Notes: a model not told the origin generated them from the sequence alone. 64,000 nucleotides of DNA from Nitrospirota bacterium (GCA_963710375.1 CAVPZX010000008.1:224001-288000); one strand, 5' to 3'. Shown: positions 50,706 through 61,813, counted from the stretch's first letter. Translations and numbers: made by a program.

Positions 50706-51470
50706 TCAATCTCCCTTAACCTTGCCGACAGGTGCGAGGTAGATCGCAAACTCGTCACTCCCATCAACACCCAAAAGTTTGTCTAACAACTCTTGATGAT
50801 ATGCAGCAACTGCACAGGTGGCAGCGCGGATCGCCTCACAGGCGATATAGAGGTTTTGGCAGACATGACCCGCATCAATGGCAATGACCTTGTGTGCGGC
50901 TATGTCATATCGCCACTCCATCCGATAGGGTATGGCAGTCCAAATGAAAGTAACAGCAGACTTCCCTACGAAAACCTGTCCCAGGGCTGCCTCAGAGATC
51001 CTGGAGGATAAGTGCGCCGGCTGAGAAACCGGCAGCAGCTGATGTTCCACCGGCAGATAGCGATATATCCCCTCTTCAAGCCCTGCAACATTAAAGACAC
51101 AGAGATAGGTCTCAAGTGCATGCCTGCATCCTGCAGACGGAACCACTCTGAAGGCGTTGCCCGGCGAAGCGGGCTTCCGGACCCCCTGAGTTGCCCAGAG
51201 CAGAAAGGAAAGCTCTTTCATTGAAAGCGGTACTGCATTGAAAACCCGGCGGCTCCTTCTGTGGTCAATCGCGGTAAAGACATCAATAACCGGGATATCG
51301 CGAAGTTTTTCAGCCGGGACGAGATCGATACATTGAGTTCCGCTGGGGATAGGTTTTTCGAGAGGCGGAGGGGCTATCCCTCTGTTCTGATCGGTATTGC
51401 TGAAATCAACCTCCTGCCTCACTGTATCCTTCAGAAAATCCCTGAACCTGTCACGCGATAATCTATCCAT
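50706..51470 (-). CDS. SagB/ThcOx-family nitroreductase-like dehydrogenase
   Basis: RRSRR, LSFLLWATQG, PSAGCRH, DAGHVCQNLY. Confidence 0.88.
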   Translation of the reverse strand: MDRLSRDRFRDFLKDTVRQEVDFSNTDQNRGIAPPPLEKPIPSGTQCIDLVPAEKLRDIPVIDVFTAIDHRRSRRVFNAVPLSMKELSFLLWATQGVRKPASPGNAFRVVPSAGCRHALETYLCVFNVAGLEEGIYRYLPVEHQLLPVSQPAHLSSRISEAALGQVFVGKSAVTFIWTAIPYRMEWRYDIAAHKVIAIDAGHVCQNLYIACEAIRAATCAVAAYHQELLDKLLGVDGSDEFAIYLAPVGKVKGD

Positions 51471-51483
51471 TTTTGTTCTTCCC

Positions 51484-51978
51484 TTAAGACCGTATGTCTT
51501 CTCCGGCGGCTTCAAGAAGGAATTTCATTGCAAAATAAGAAGCCTTTTCCTTATTTGCAGCCCTGTCGCCCGACAACAACAGCTCTTTGACAATAGTTTT
51601 CCCCTCGCTGCTTACTGCGATATATACAAGCCCTCTTTCCTTACCTTCAAGCACGTCCGGGCCGAGATTGCCTGTGGTAGCAAGGGCGTAGTCTGTCTTA
51701 AGCAATGCCCTCACCCTCTCCGCCATTTCACGCGCAACAGTTTCGCTTATTACGCCGTATGTTTCGATAGTATCCGGAGCAAGGCCGAGAATGCTCAGCT
51801 TTGAAGTATTTGAGTAGGTCACAAGGCCTGCCTGAAAAAAAACGCTCGAGCCGGGCAGCATTGTCATGAAGTGGCTGATCAGGCCGCCCGTGCACGATTC
51901 AGCAACCGCAAGGGTCAACCCTTTCCCGGTGAACAGTTTATGCACACGCCTGATGCTGCCCTGCACATCTTCATCCAT
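51484..51978 (-). CDS. cinA: CinA C-terminal domain / NMN deamidase (PncC-like)
   Basis: LAVAESCTGGLI, VTYSN, GVISETVAREMA, TTGNLGP. Confidence 0.88.
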   Translation of the reverse strand: MDEDVQGSIRRVHKLFTGKGLTLAVAESCTGGLISHFMTMLPGSSVFFQAGLVTYSNTSKLSILGLAPDTIETYGVISETVAREMAERVRALLKTDYALATTGNLGPDVLEGKERGLVYIAVSSEGKTIVKELLLSGDRAANKEKASYFAMKFLLEAAGEDIRS

Positions 51979-51984
51979 CACTAT

Positions 51985-52013
51985 AAACTATAATGAAAAA
52001 ACCTGCGTGTCAA
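51985..52013 (-). promoter_or_regulatory. sigma70 promoter for cinA (leaderless geometry)
   Basis: TTGACA-N17-TAGTTT-N6-ATG. Confidence 0.6.
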
Positions 52014-52043
52014 GAATTTTATTTTCTGAAGTATAATAGAGTC

Positions 52044-53285
52044 ATGGGCACTCAATACCGGAAGATTGAAGAACCAGATGAGCTTGTCCTTGTAAGGCAG
52101 CTCATCAATGGTACCATGCTTCCCTGTGATATGTTTATAAAAGAGAACGACACTTTCAAGTTGCTCTTTAACAGGGAGGTCCTCTATACGAAAATTTCAG
52201 AGGACATCTTGAAAGAAAAAGGCATATCCGAAGTCTACATTTTTAAGAGAGATGTCCCCAACTTCGACTCTTACATCTCCAGGAACCGTTCGCTAAATCG
52301 GAACAGAGATGTCAACAGCAGTGGGATATTCAAAGAATATGCGTTCCAGAAAGAAAAGCACTATCAGATCGATGCCGCAGTTCTGACGCCTGGCACAAAT
52401 ATACATTTTAGCCTCTTTGTCGTGAATAAACTGAATTTTTCTCCGCTTGTTGAAGCGACCGACCAGCATCCGGCTGTTGTCAACGACAGCGTGTTGAACA
52501 TCGCTGGTGACGTCGTCATAAAGAAATCCGACGTGCCCCTCTACCTTGAATATATCTCTTCCCTGGGGCAATACTCTAAGCAGCTCGAAAACACTGACAC
52601 AAAAATAAAAGCGATTGCCCTGAGAGAGACCTCAAAGGCCGTATTGCAGAATTTCCTTGACGACCCGAAGAGCGGTGAGAAAATAAAAGAGGTAAACACG
52701 CTGGTCAACAGCATGATCGACTTTATCCTGCAGGACAAGGATGCAATATATATGCTTTTGTCCATGAAAGGATACGATTATTATACCTATACCCATTCGG
52801 TCAATGTCGCCGCACTATCCATCAGCATGGGGATTTTAACAGGTATGAAGCAGGATGACATGGAAAAACTCGGCATGGGGGCCATGCTTCATGACATCGG
52901 AAAAAGTCAGATCTCGCACGAAATATTGGGCAAGCAGGGCAAGCTTAGTAATGTCGAATACAATATGATTAAAAGCCATGTCCTCGAAGGCGAGAAAATC
53001 ATGCGCAACCATAAGGACTTTTCAGCAGAGTCTTTATATGCTGTATTACAGCACCACGAAAAGCTGTCCGGCAAGGGATATCCACTAGGCCTTGCCGGGA
53101 AAGAGATAAGCCTTTTCGGCAGAATTTCCGCTATCGCCGACTGCTATGACGCATTGACAACACGGCGGCCCTACAAAGCGGCCTTTACACCGTTTAATGC
53201 CCTTTTGATGATTTCCAAAGATACAGGAGACTACGATGCCGAACTTTTAGCGGTCTTCATAAGAATGTTAGGCAAGATAAAGTAA
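52044..53285 (+). CDS. HD-GYP domain c-di-GMP phosphodiesterase
   Basis: YTYTHSVNV, LHDIGK, HHEKLSGKGYP, ADCYDALTTRRPYK. Confidence 0.92.
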   Translation: MGTQYRKIEEPDELVLVRQLINGTMLPCDMFIKENDTFKLLFNREVLYTKISEDILKEKGISEVYIFKRDVPNFDSYISRNRSLNRNRDVNSSGIFKEYAFQKEKHYQIDAAVLTPGTNIHFSLFVVNKLNFSPLVEATDQHPAVVNDSVLNIAGDVVIKKSDVPLYLEYISSLGQYSKQLENTDTKIKAIALRETSKAVLQNFLDDPKSGEKIKEVNTLVNSMIDFILQDKDAIYMLLSMKGYDYYTYTHSVNVAALSISMGILTGMKQDDMEKLGMGAMLHDIGKSQISHEILGKQGKLSNVEYNMIKSHVLEGEKIMRNHKDFSAESLYAVLQHHEKLSGKGYPLGLAGKEISLFGRISAIADCYDALTTRRPYKAAFTPFNALLMISKDTGDYDAELLAVFIRMLGKIK

Positions 53286-54547
53286 TGGATTTATTTGACC
53301 ACGAAGAGAAATCTCCCGAGAAACCCGGCCTGTCCGCTGCAGCTGCACCGCTCGCGTACCGCATGGCTCCTGCTACACTCGATGAATACGCAGGACAGGA
53401 CCATATTATTGGCAAGGGGAAGCTTTTGAGGCGTGCCATTGAAGCCGACAGGATCTCCTCGTTAATCCTTTACGGCCCTCCCGGCACCGGTAAAACAGCA
53501 CTCGCCAGGGTAATCGCAAACCGGACGCAGGCACATTTCGAATGGCTCAACGCGGCGGTTGCCGGTATCGAGGACCTCAGAAAAATTATACAGTCGGCAA
53601 AGGCGCGCAGAGCAAACGGCATACGCACCGTGCTTTTCCTCGACGAAATTCACCGGTTTAACAAACTGCAGCAAGATGTGCTGCTGCCGGATGTTGAGGA
53701 AGGCATTATTACGCTGATTGCTGCAACTGTCGAAAACCCTTTTTTCTATGTCAATTCCGCGCTTATCTCGAGAAGCCAGGTTTTTGAGTTGAAGCCGCTA
53801 AGCACTGAGTCTCTTCTTAAAATTCTTGATGCAGCGCTGCAGGACAGAGAACACGGGTTGGGGAACATGAAAATTCAGGCCGACAGCGACGCGATGCGCC
53901 ATATTGCCAAAATGTCTGACGGAGACGCCAGAAAGGCACTTTCCGCCCTGGAACTCGCCGTGCTCACCACCACGCCCGATGAGGACGGCCTCTTGCACAT
54001 CACGCTTGCCACAGCAGAAGAATCGATTCAGAAAAAGGCGGTTTTATACGATAAAAAGGGTGACCAGCACTATGACACTATTTCGGCGTTCATAAAAAGC
54101 ATGCGCGGCTCCGACCCCGATGCAGCTGTCTATTATCTTGCCAAAATGCTTTATGCCGGAGAAGATCCCCGTTTCGTGGCACGAAGGATTGTCATATGCG
54201 CTTCAGAGGATGTAGGTAATGCAGACCCTATGGCTTTAGTTCTCGCAACTTCGGCGCTGAGAGCAGTTGAATTTGTAGGCATGCCCGAGGCCAGGATACC
54301 CCTTGCCCAGGCAGCCATCTATATTGCTGCCGCTCCGAAAAACAACGCCTGTTACCGTGCGATCGAAGCTGCAATGGCTGATATGGAAAATGAAGAGACT
54401 ATGGAAGTGCCCGACCATTTGAAAAGCAGCAGCTATTCCGGTGCAAAAAAACTGGGCCACGGTGAAGGCTACAAGTATCCACACGACTACGGCGGACACG
54501 TGGAGCAGGAATATCTCAAAAAAAAGCGCAGCTACTATAAACCTTAA
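53285..54547 (+). CDS. rarA: Replication-associated recombination protein A
   Basis: GPPGTGKT, DEIHRFNK, HYDTISAFIKSMRGSDPDAA, ASEDVGNADP. Confidence 0.95.
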   Translation: MDLFDHEEKSPEKPGLSAAAAPLAYRMAPATLDEYAGQDHIIGKGKLLRRAIEADRISSLILYGPPGTGKTALARVIANRTQAHFEWLNAAVAGIEDLRKIIQSAKARRANGIRTVLFLDEIHRFNKLQQDVLLPDVEEGIITLIAATVENPFFYVNSALISRSQVFELKPLSTESLLKILDAALQDREHGLGNMKIQADSDAMRHIAKMSDGDARKALSALELAVLTTTPDEDGLLHITLATAEESIQKKAVLYDKKGDQHYDTISAFIKSMRGSDPDAAVYYLAKMLYAGEDPRFVARRIVICASEDVGNADPMALVLATSALRAVEFVGMPEARIPLAQAAIYIAAAPKNNACYRAIEAAMADMENEETMEVPDHLKSSSYSGAKKLGHGEGYKYPHDYGGHVEQEYLKKKRSYYKP

Positions 54548-54571
54548 AACAGGAATGTGAGTATATGAGTA

Positions 54572-55555
54572 GTGGATAACAAATTTAACATTTATTTTTA
54601 TTGTTATGACCTGAATATTCCGTCAGGGGGAATCAGAGTATTATATAAACATGCCGATATCCTGAACAGGAACGGCTTTCCAGCTTTTATACTCCACCAA
54701 AAACCTGGCTTTCGCTGCACGTGGTTTGAAAATCGTACGCCCGTTACGAATACTGTCAACACCAAAATCATGCCAAATGATTACCTTGTAATTCCCGAAG
54801 AAATATTTGCGGAAATCATTAAACTGGCAAGAGGTATCAGGAAGATAGTTTTCAATCAAAATTGCTATTATACCTTTTCACATGGATATTCACTGGATAA
54901 AAATGAAAAAATTATAAGTTATCAGGATAAAGAAGTTATTGCAGCTCTTGTGGTTTCCGATGACAGCGAACGGTATCTGTCTTATGCGTTTCCGGAGTTA
55001 AAAGTCATTAAAATTCATAACTCCATTGATCCGCATCTTTTTTTCTATAATAAGGCCAAGAAGCCTCTTATTTCCTTTATGCCCAGAAAACATTTGGAAG
55101 ACTCATTGCAGGTGATAAATATTTTAAAATCCAGGGTTGCATTCGGCGATTTTGAAATCATGCCTATTGCCGATAAAACCGAAACCGAAGTTGCGCAGAT
55201 ACTAAGAGAATCCCTTATTTTTCTGAGTTTCGGATATCCGGAGGGGTTTTCTCTGCCGCCTGCTGAAGCAATGGCTTGTGGATGCATCGTTATCGGATAT
55301 CACGGCATGGGGGGCCTCGAATTTTTCAGGCCGGAGTTTTCCTACCCCGTCACTAACGGGGATATCATCACCTTTGCACAGACAATCGAAAAGGTCATAG
55401 ACCTGTATAAGCGTGATAAAAGCATTCTGGACGAAAAGGGGGAGTCGGCTTCTCAGTACATATTAAATAATTATTCCCCTGAACAACAGGAAACAGATAT
55501 CATACAATTCTGGAAGCATATTACAGAAAACCATAATATTGCCGGAAATCCCTAA
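54572..55555 (+). CDS. Glycosyltransferase (GT4-like)
   Basis: PSGGIRVLY, VIPE, EGFSLPPAEAMACGCIVIGY. Confidence 0.85.
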   Translation: MDNKFNIYFYCYDLNIPSGGIRVLYKHADILNRNGFPAFILHQKPGFRCTWFENRTPVTNTVNTKIMPNDYLVIPEEIFAEIIKLARGIRKIVFNQNCYYTFSHGYSLDKNEKIISYQDKEVIAALVVSDDSERYLSYAFPELKVIKIHNSIDPHLFFYNKAKKPLISFMPRKHLEDSLQVINILKSRVAFGDFEIMPIADKTETEVAQILRESLIFLSFGYPEGFSLPPAEAMACGCIVIGYHGMGGLEFFRPEFSYPVTNGDIITFAQTIEKVIDLYKRDKSILDEKGESASQYILNNYSPEQQETDIIQFWKHITENHNIAGNP

Positions 55556-55599
55556 TGAAAAAATACAGTACAAACCCCGAAGGTGTCGGGTCGCCTGCC

Positions 55600-56445
55600 A
55601 TGAAAAAATTCACGCAGTTACTGTTTTCCGTTTTAGTGTTTTTATTTATTTTTGGTCCGGTGCAAAGCTACGGTGTTGAGAGAGTTGTCAGGATAAGTGA
55701 CGGGAAAGTTATCACCTTTATGCAGATGATTCAGGAAATCAGGGACTCGAATATTATCTTTGTCGGCGAAGCACACAATAATACTGAACACCACGCTGCG
55801 CAGCTGCAGGTCATCAAATCACTTGAGGCATTGCCGGTTACTATCGCAGTCGGGCTTGAGATGTTCAAGGCCGATAGCCAGAACGTGTTGAACCATTGGC
55901 TGGCAGGCAGATTGGGAGATGAGGCTTTCATCGAAACCTACCTGGATAACTGGGGCTACCCATGGCAGTACTACAGGGATATCTTCCTTTATGCAAAACA
56001 ACGCCGGATTTCGATGATAGGGCTGAATGTTTCCCCTGAAATTACTCAAAAGGTTTCACAGAACGGTTTCTCTTCGCTCACACCCGGCGAGCTCAAACAA
56101 CTGCCGCCTCAAATAGGCTGTGATATTGATGAAAGGTATATGGATTACATTAAGAAGGCTTACGAATTCCATGGAATGCAAAGCAAATCCTTTATACATT
56201 TCTGCGAGGCGCAAATGATATGGGACAAAGTCATGGCATGGAACCTCGCAAAATACCTGACTCACAATCCCGGCACAACCGTGGTGGTACTCGCTGGAAC
56301 AGGTCACGCATGGAAAAGGGGCATTCCGGAGCAACTGAGAAGGCAGTATGAGTTCCGTTATAAAGTAGTGCTGCCTGAAATACCTGACCGCATAAACACA
56401 AGCACCATAACAACCGAAGACGCGGATTATATTTTATTGCAATGA
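55600..56445 (+). CDS. ChaN-family (iron-regulated/haem-binding-like) exported protein
   Basis: Signal peptide; FVGEAHN..EHH..Q, GLEMF, AQMIWDKVMA, LAGTGH. Confidence 0.82.
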   Translation: MKKFTQLLFSVLVFLFIFGPVQSYGVERVVRISDGKVITFMQMIQEIRDSNIIFVGEAHNNTEHHAAQLQVIKSLEALPVTIAVGLEMFKADSQNVLNHWLAGRLGDEAFIETYLDNWGYPWQYYRDIFLYAKQRRISMIGLNVSPEITQKVSQNGFSSLTPGELKQLPPQIGCDIDERYMDYIKKAYEFHGMQSKSFIHFCEAQMIWDKVMAWNLAKYLTHNPGTTVVVLAGTGHAWKRGIPEQLRRQYEFRYKVVLPEIPDRINTSTITTEDADYILLQ

Positions 56446-56550
56446 AAACAAAACAACTTCTCCTGTCTTCCGCCGATCCATTGCATTTTCGCCGCTTTTT
56501 CTGTTTTAATTTTTAGGTACATAGAAAATACAGTATGGGAAAGGAGTTAC

Positions 56551-57312
56551 ATGATAAAACTGGTTCTACTCAGACACGGCGAAAGCATATGGAATGAAGA
56601 AAACAGGTTTACCGGCTGGACAGATGTTGACCTGTCCCCTAAGGGAACTGAAGAAGCTAAGAAAGCAGGTCTCGTTCTGTTAAACTCAGGGTTTGAGTTC
56701 GATACCGCCTTTACATCGGTACTCAAAAGGGCAATAAGGACCTTGTGGATTGTCCTGGACAAGATGGACCTGATGTGGATTCCTGTATACCATTCATGGC
56801 GTTTAAATGAGCGGCATTACGGAGCTTTACAGGGATTGAACAAAGCTGAGACGGCAGGCTGCTATGGAGAAGAACAGGTGCGCATATGGCGGCGGAGCTT
56901 TGACATCCCACCGCCGGCTCTTGACAGCAATGATCCCCGTTACCCAAGAAATGACCCACGTTATAAAGAACTCAGCACCACAGACCTGCCGTTGACGGAA
57001 AGTCTAAAAGATACCATAGCGCGGTTTCTGCCCCACTGGCATGAAACTATCGCTCCAGCTATACGTGCAGGCAAGAAGGTAATAATCGCCGCTCACGGCA
57101 ATTCCCTCAGGGCCCTTGTAAAATATCTCGACGCCATCCCCGACGACGAAATTGTGGCACTTAATATTCCTACCGGCATCCCCCTGGTATATGAGCTTGA
57201 CGAAAACCTGAAGCCGCTCAGGCACTATTACCTCGGCGATGCCGCAGAAATTGAAAAAGCAGTCCAAAAGGTGGCCGCCCAGGGCAAGGCGGTCGATGCT
57301 CCAGGTCAGTAA
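56551..57312 (+). CDS. gpmA: 2,3-bisphosphoglycerate-dependent phosphoglycerate mutase
   Basis: [45 protein letters not shown]. Confidence 0.97.
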   Translation: MIKLVLLRHGESIWNEENRFTGWTDVDLSPKGTEEAKKAGLVLLNSGFEFDTAFTSVLKRAIRTLWIVLDKMDLMWIPVYHSWRLNERHYGALQGLNKAETAGCYGEEQVRIWRRSFDIPPPALDSNDPRYPRNDPRYKELSTTDLPLTESLKDTIARFLPHWHETIAPAIRAGKKVIIAAHGNSLRALVKYLDAIPDDEIVALNIPTGIPLVYELDENLKPLRHYYLGDAAEIEKAVQKVAAQGKAVDAPGQ

Positions 57313-59164
57313 CCTATCAAAAGCATATGGTCAACAGGTGATCTTTGATGCGGTCAGCTTCACGGTCAATCCCGGAGAGCGCGTAGGGCTGGTTGGCAGA
57401 AACGGGCACGGCAAAACCACCCTCTTCCGCATGATTCTCGGTGAGGAGAAGCCCGATGATGGAGTAATCAGCGTGCCCGCAGGTTATACCGTGGGCCACC
57501 TTTCACAGCATATCCGCTTCACCCGGCCGACAGTACTGGAAGAAGGAAGCGTCGGTCTCCCGGAATCAGAGGACGGCAGGGACGAATCCTACAAAGTAAA
57601 AACCGTTCTGACCGGACTCGGCGTATCGCCCGGTGCTTTCGACCGGGACCCCTACGAACTCTCGGGCGGATACCAGATTCGCCTGAACCTCGCAAAGGTG
57701 CTGGTGGAGTCGCCCGACCTCCTCCTCCTCGATGAACCTACAAATTATCTCGACATCGTATCTATACGCTGGCTTACACAATTTTTACGCACCTGGAAAA
57801 ACGAACTGATTTTAATTACCCACGACAGGGACTTTATGGACAGCGTAACAACCCATACTATGGGTATTCACCGCTGCAAGATCCGAAAAACAGCAGGCCC
57901 TACCCAAAAGCTTTACGACCAACTGCTGCAGGAAGAAGAGGTCTACGAGCAGACAAGAATCAACGAGGGTAAAAAACGTAAAGAGGTGGAACAATTCATC
58001 AACCGTTTCAGGGCACAGGCTACACGTGCCAGGGCCGTGCAATCAAAGATTAAAGCACTTCAAAAAAAAGAGACGCTGGAGAAAATCGCCGCAATAAAAA
58101 ACCTTGATTTCGAATTCAGTGCCGCGCCATTTACAGGAAAATTTCTCGTTGAGGCAAGCAACATTTCATTTGCATTTGCCGCTGAAGAACCCCTCTTAAA
58201 CGGCTTCAGCATAGCTGTCGGGAAAAATGACGTCATTGCCGTCATAGGAAAAAACGGCAAGGGGAAAACAACGCTCCTGAACCTGCTGGCCGGAGAATTA
58301 CATCCTTCGAAAGGGACAGTTATCCGCCATCCGAAATTAAAACTTGCCTACTTCGGACAGACCAATATAAACCGCCTCAACACCGACAAGACCGTTGAGG
58401 ATGAAATCCTGGATGCCCTGCCCGAATACAACAGAAAATTTGCGCGCACAATCTGCGGCATTATGATGTTTGATGGAGATAAGGCGCTGAAAAAAATAGA
58501 GGTCCTTTCCGGTGGAGAGAAAAGCCGCGTGCTGCTGGGGAAGCTCCTTGTAAGCCCCGCCAACCTGCTCCTGCTGGATGAGCCGACCAACCATCTGGAC
58601 ATGGAATCGATCGATTCTCTTCTGGAGGCGCTGACAGCCTTTATGGGAGCGGTTATAATAGTTACCCACAGCGAAATGATCCTCCATGCGCTTGCTACAA
58701 GACTTGTAGTATTCGATGATGACCGGGTGAGCGTATTCGACGGCACTTATCAGGATTTCCTCGACAGGGTTGGGTGGGCAGATGAAACATCAGATGCTGG
58801 AAGCTCCGTTCCATCTAACGGCTCCCGTTGCGCTAACCTAAGCAAAAAAGATATGCGAAGATTCAGGGCCGATCTAATCAGCGAAAGGGGAAGAGTGCTG
58901 GGAGCGCTCAAAAACAGAATTGCCGAAATCGAAGGGAACATAATAGGATTGGAGCAGAAAGTGAATAACGACACAGAGGTACTGCTGGATGTTTCGGTAA
59001 AAGGGGACGGTGCGGCAATAAAAAGCCTGTTAAAGTCACTGCATGCAGCAAAAGGACAGATCGATGCCCTTTTTGACGAGATGGCAGTTCTCACCGCCGA
59101 ACTCGAAAGCAAAACAAAAGAATTAGACCAAAAAATAAATCAGGCAATAGGCCAGGGGCTATAG
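57296..59164 (+). CDS. ABC-F family ATP-binding protein
   Basis: Two ABC domains (GRNGHGKT / [18 protein letters not shown]) with linker and C-terminal coiled coil, no TM. Confidence 0.92.
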   Translation: MLQVSNLSKAYGQQVIFDAVSFTVNPGERVGLVGRNGHGKTTLFRMILGEEKPDDGVISVPAGYTVGHLSQHIRFTRPTVLEEGSVGLPESEDGRDESYKVKTVLTGLGVSPGAFDRDPYELSGGYQIRLNLAKVLVESPDLLLLDEPTNYLDIVSIRWLTQFLRTWKNELILITHDRDFMDSVTTHTMGIHRCKIRKTAGPTQKLYDQLLQEEEVYEQTRINEGKKRKEVEQFINRFRAQATRARAVQSKIKALQKKETLEKIAAIKNLDFEFSAAPFTGKFLVEASNISFAFAAEEPLLNGFSIAVGKNDVIAVIGKNGKGKTTLLNLLAGELHPSKGTVIRHPKLKLAYFGQTNINRLNTDKTVEDEILDALPEYNRKFARTICGIMMFDGDKALKKIEVLSGGEKSRVLLGKLLVSPANLLLLDEPTNHLDMESIDSLLEALTAFMGAVIIVTHSEMILHALATRLVVFDDDRVSVFDGTYQDFLDRVGWADETSDAGSSVPSNGSRCANLSKKDMRRFRADLISERGRVLGALKNRIAEIEGNIIGLEQKVNNDTEVLLDVSVKGDGAAIKSLLKSLHAAKGQIDALFDEMAVLTAELESKTKELDQKINQAIGQGL

Positions 59165-59182
59165 GCTACAACCTATAACCTG
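59141..59182. repeat. GGCAATAG/GGCTATAG octamer-type repeat at the convergent ABC-F / S1 junction
   Basis: CAGGCAATAGGCCAGGGGCTATAGGC resembles the reverse complement of 3802-3828 (CAGGCTATGGGCACTGGGCTATAGGC). Confidence 0.55.
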
Positions 59183-60698
59183 TCTTTTTCAGGAGTTCTC
59201 CCAGGCTGCCAAGAGCGCCGGTAGACTTTCCTTCAGCCTTGATGGAATCCTTGTAACGCTTGAAGTCTTCCCGCTCCTCCATCTCCTTGAGCGCCTTGCG
59301 GCTAAGGAGCACTTTGCCGCGCCGGGTGTCCACTTCACGCACGGCAACCTGCATGGCCGAACCAGAGGGAAACATGCGGCTATGATCTGAACCATTCGGC
59401 GTGTCCATCTCAGAATTTGGGACGAGTCCGGTCAGCTCATCGCCTATTTTAACAAAAACTCCGAAAGGCATTACCTTATCCACTACCCCATCGATAATGT
59501 CACCTTCGGAAGGCAGGACAATCTTTTTCACTTCACGCTTTGGCTGCATCGAAAGGGAAAGCTTCCTGTTCGGCGGATCAACAGCGAGTACATATGCTTC
59601 AACCTGCTGGCCCACCGCAACAACTTCTTTCGGATGCTGTATACGCCGGCCGGCCCCAAGATTCGATATGTGCACTAACCCGTCTATTCCATGTTCCAGC
59701 GTGACAAAAGCACCAAAAGGCGCCACTCTGACAATGGTACCGGTTACTTTTTCGCCCACAGGATACTTCTCCGCCACAATGCACCATGGATCAGGCTGTA
59801 TCGCTTTCATGCTGACCGTCAGACGCTCTTTGTCCCAGTCGAGAGATAAAACCCTGACCCTAACTTCCTGTCCGATGGACAGTACCTCATCAGGCTTCTC
59901 TATTCGTCCCCAGGATATTTCGCTGAAGGGGATCAGACCGTCAACGCCGCCGAGGTCAACAAAAGCACCGAAACTCTGGAGAGATACTACTTTCGCGGTG
60001 ATGTCCATCCCGATTGAAATAGTCTCCTTAAGAAGGTCGATACGGGCACGTCGCTCCTGCTCAAGCGCGGCCCGCCTCGAGATCACTACGGTGCGCCCGC
60101 CTTCCTTATAATCCAGGACCTTGAACGAGAAGGTCTTGCCAATATATTCGGCGCCCGTTCTTCCACCTCTAATGTCAATATGAGACCAGGGACAGAAGCA
60201 TACTACGCCGCCTATAGAAACCTCGAACCCTCCCTTTATCTCACGTTTGACCTCTCCGTTTATTGCAATTCCCGCGCTGAAGGCATCGCGGACTGCGTTA
60301 AGCCGCAATGAAGAATAACCATTTAAAAGCGTGGTAAGATTTCTGATCCCGTCCTGCACAGACAGGAAAAAAGCATCGACAACATCTCCCTCTCTCACCC
60401 CGCATATTCCGTTTTCGTCGATAAATTCGCTTAGCGTTATCATGCCCTCGCTCTTTCCGCCAAGGTCGATATAAACAGCATCGCCGGAAATACTGATCAC
60501 TCTGGCCCTGACCTTCTGGCCGGGCGTGAGTCTTACAGAAACAGCGCCGTTCTTCTCAAGCAGGGCGGCAAAACTCTCTTCTTCAGGAGCACCCACGGTA
60601 TCTAAAAAGTCTGTGGCTTCTCGTGGAAAGCCGACTGGGGGAATCGTTTCCTGCCCTGCAATATTCAGAGCAGCATCTTTTACAGAATCATCAGACAT
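59166..60698 (-). CDS. rpsA: Ribosomal protein S1-like multi-S1-domain protein
   Basis: About five S1 repeats (IDLGGKSEG, FGAFVDLGGVDGLI, FGAFVTLEHGIDGLVHIS, FGVFVKI); may be a paralog. Confidence 0.8.
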   Translation of the reverse strand: MSDDSVKDAALNIAGQETIPPVGFPREATDFLDTVGAPEEESFAALLEKNGAVSVRLTPGQKVRARVISISGDAVYIDLGGKSEGMITLSEFIDENGICGVREGDVVDAFFLSVQDGIRNLTTLLNGYSSLRLNAVRDAFSAGIAINGEVKREIKGGFEVSIGGVVCFCPWSHIDIRGGRTGAEYIGKTFSFKVLDYKEGGRTVVISRRAALEQERRARIDLLKETISIGMDITAKVVSLQSFGAFVDLGGVDGLIPFSEISWGRIEKPDEVLSIGQEVRVRVLSLDWDKERLTVSMKAIQPDPWCIVAEKYPVGEKVTGTIVRVAPFGAFVTLEHGIDGLVHISNLGAGRRIQHPKEVVAVGQQVEAYVLAVDPPNRKLSLSMQPKREVKKIVLPSEGDIIDGVVDKVMPFGVFVKIGDELTGLVPNSEMDTPNGSDHSRMFPSGSAMQVAVREVDTRRGKVLLSRKALKEMEEREDFKRYKDSIKAEGKSTGALGSLGELLKKTGYRL

Positions 60699-60720
60699 AT
60701 TGTGTACCTCTCACTTTATC

Positions 60721-60772
60721 TCCCGCAGCAAGCTTCGGGGTATTCTAAAATCTTCCCTCCCATGACGGGAGG
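60721..60772. repeat. Two short REP-like palindromes
   Basis: CCCGCAGC-AA-GCTTCGGG and CTCCC-ATGAC-GGGAG upstream of the S1 gene. Confidence 0.4.
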
Positions 60773-60936
60773 AGATGCAGGAAAAAGCATATCAATGTAA
60801 TACGCTTAATTAGATCAACCGTTAGTCTAAAGGATTTGAGCAATTTGAGTCAATTTATGTTACAGAGGGGTAGCGGGTCAGTTTGTGCTTTACCTTCCAG
60901 AACCGGCATAGTATAATTTAGAAAAGGGTGGAAAAA

Positions 60937-61089
60937 ATGGAGCAGGCTAAGAAAAATCCTTGTCCGGATTGTACGTTTTGTCAGTGTTGCAGTGAAACTC
61001 GTTGCAGCATGTGCAGGCCTTCTGTAAACAAAAAACCGAAAAAGGAAAATAAATTAAAGGCACACAAACCGCTTTTCAGGCCATACTAA
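60937..61089 (+). CDS. Small Cys-rich protein (50 aa), not in ORF track
   Basis: MEQAKKNPCPDCTFCQCCSETRCSMCRPSVNKKPKKENKLKAHKPLFRPY; upstream TTTACC-N17-TATAAT (60889-60917) and purine-rich RBS. Confidence 0.7.
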   Translation: MEQAKKNPCPDCTFCQCCSETRCSMCRPSVNKKPKKENKLKAHKPLFRPY

Positions 61090-61112
61090 TTCAAAATTCA
61101 ACATTGCTTTTC

Positions 61113-61781
61113 TCAGCCGCCTCTCATCATAAGCAATCTCGCCTTCCATGCCCACTTCCTTTCTATTTTGCGCTTATAACGCGGCGCCTCTTTGAATACG
61201 GCTACCGCTTTCTTAAGGTACTCCCTTCCCTCGTCTGCCTTCGCGGTCTTCATTTTGACTAGACCCATCTGATAGAGCCCTTCAGTGCTCGAAATACGCA
61301 CCTTCAGGAACCGCTCAAGAAACGGCTCCGCTCTGTCATATGCACCCGTATCAATATACACTTCTGCCATTGCCAGATAAGGATCGCCATATTTCAACCC
61401 GGGAGCGGCAAGAAGGGCATTATCCACAAGCTCTCGTCCCTTGTCAACAGCGCCGGTTCTGGCTAGCGCGATGCCGTAATAATAATTGAATTCCGGCTCG
61501 TCGGACATTTTTGATGAGGCCAAAGTGAAATACTCGAGTGCTTTCTGATAATTTTTCCTTTCGACCATAAAAATGCCGAGTTCTTTCATTGACCGGGCAT
61601 CATGAGGATTAATTGCAATAATCCTCTGAAGTTCCCTGATTCTGCCGGCAGACCTGAATGCCCGAAAAGGGTCCGGAACAAAGCCATAATATCTCCTGTC
61701 TATCGCCAGGTAAACAACGAGCAGAATAACCACTGCTATGATCGGATTTCCCGTGAGCCATGAGAGAAAGAAAAACAGCAT
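61113..61781 (-). CDS. Membrane-anchored TPR protein
   Basis: N-terminal hydrophobic segment followed by TPR-like repeats (INPHDARSMKELG, GDPYLAMAEVY, EGLYQMG). Confidence 0.8.
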   Translation of the reverse strand: MLFFFLSWLTGNPIIAVVILLVVYLAIDRRYYGFVPDPFRAFRSAGRIRELQRIIAINPHDARSMKELGIFMVERKNYQKALEYFTLASSKMSDEPEFNYYYGIALARTGAVDKGRELVDNALLAAPGLKYGDPYLAMAEVYIDTGAYDRAEPFLERFLKVRISSTEGLYQMGLVKMKTAKADEGREYLKKAVAVFKEAPRYKRKIERKWAWKARLLMMRGG

Positions 61782-61813
61782 CAGCTTGCCCACTAAAACC
61801 TCCAAGAAAAAAC

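Noticed and set aside
50706..51470. SagB-like gene as a thiazole/oxazole RiPP locus
   Set aside because: No YcaO or precursor; stand-alone in a housekeeping context
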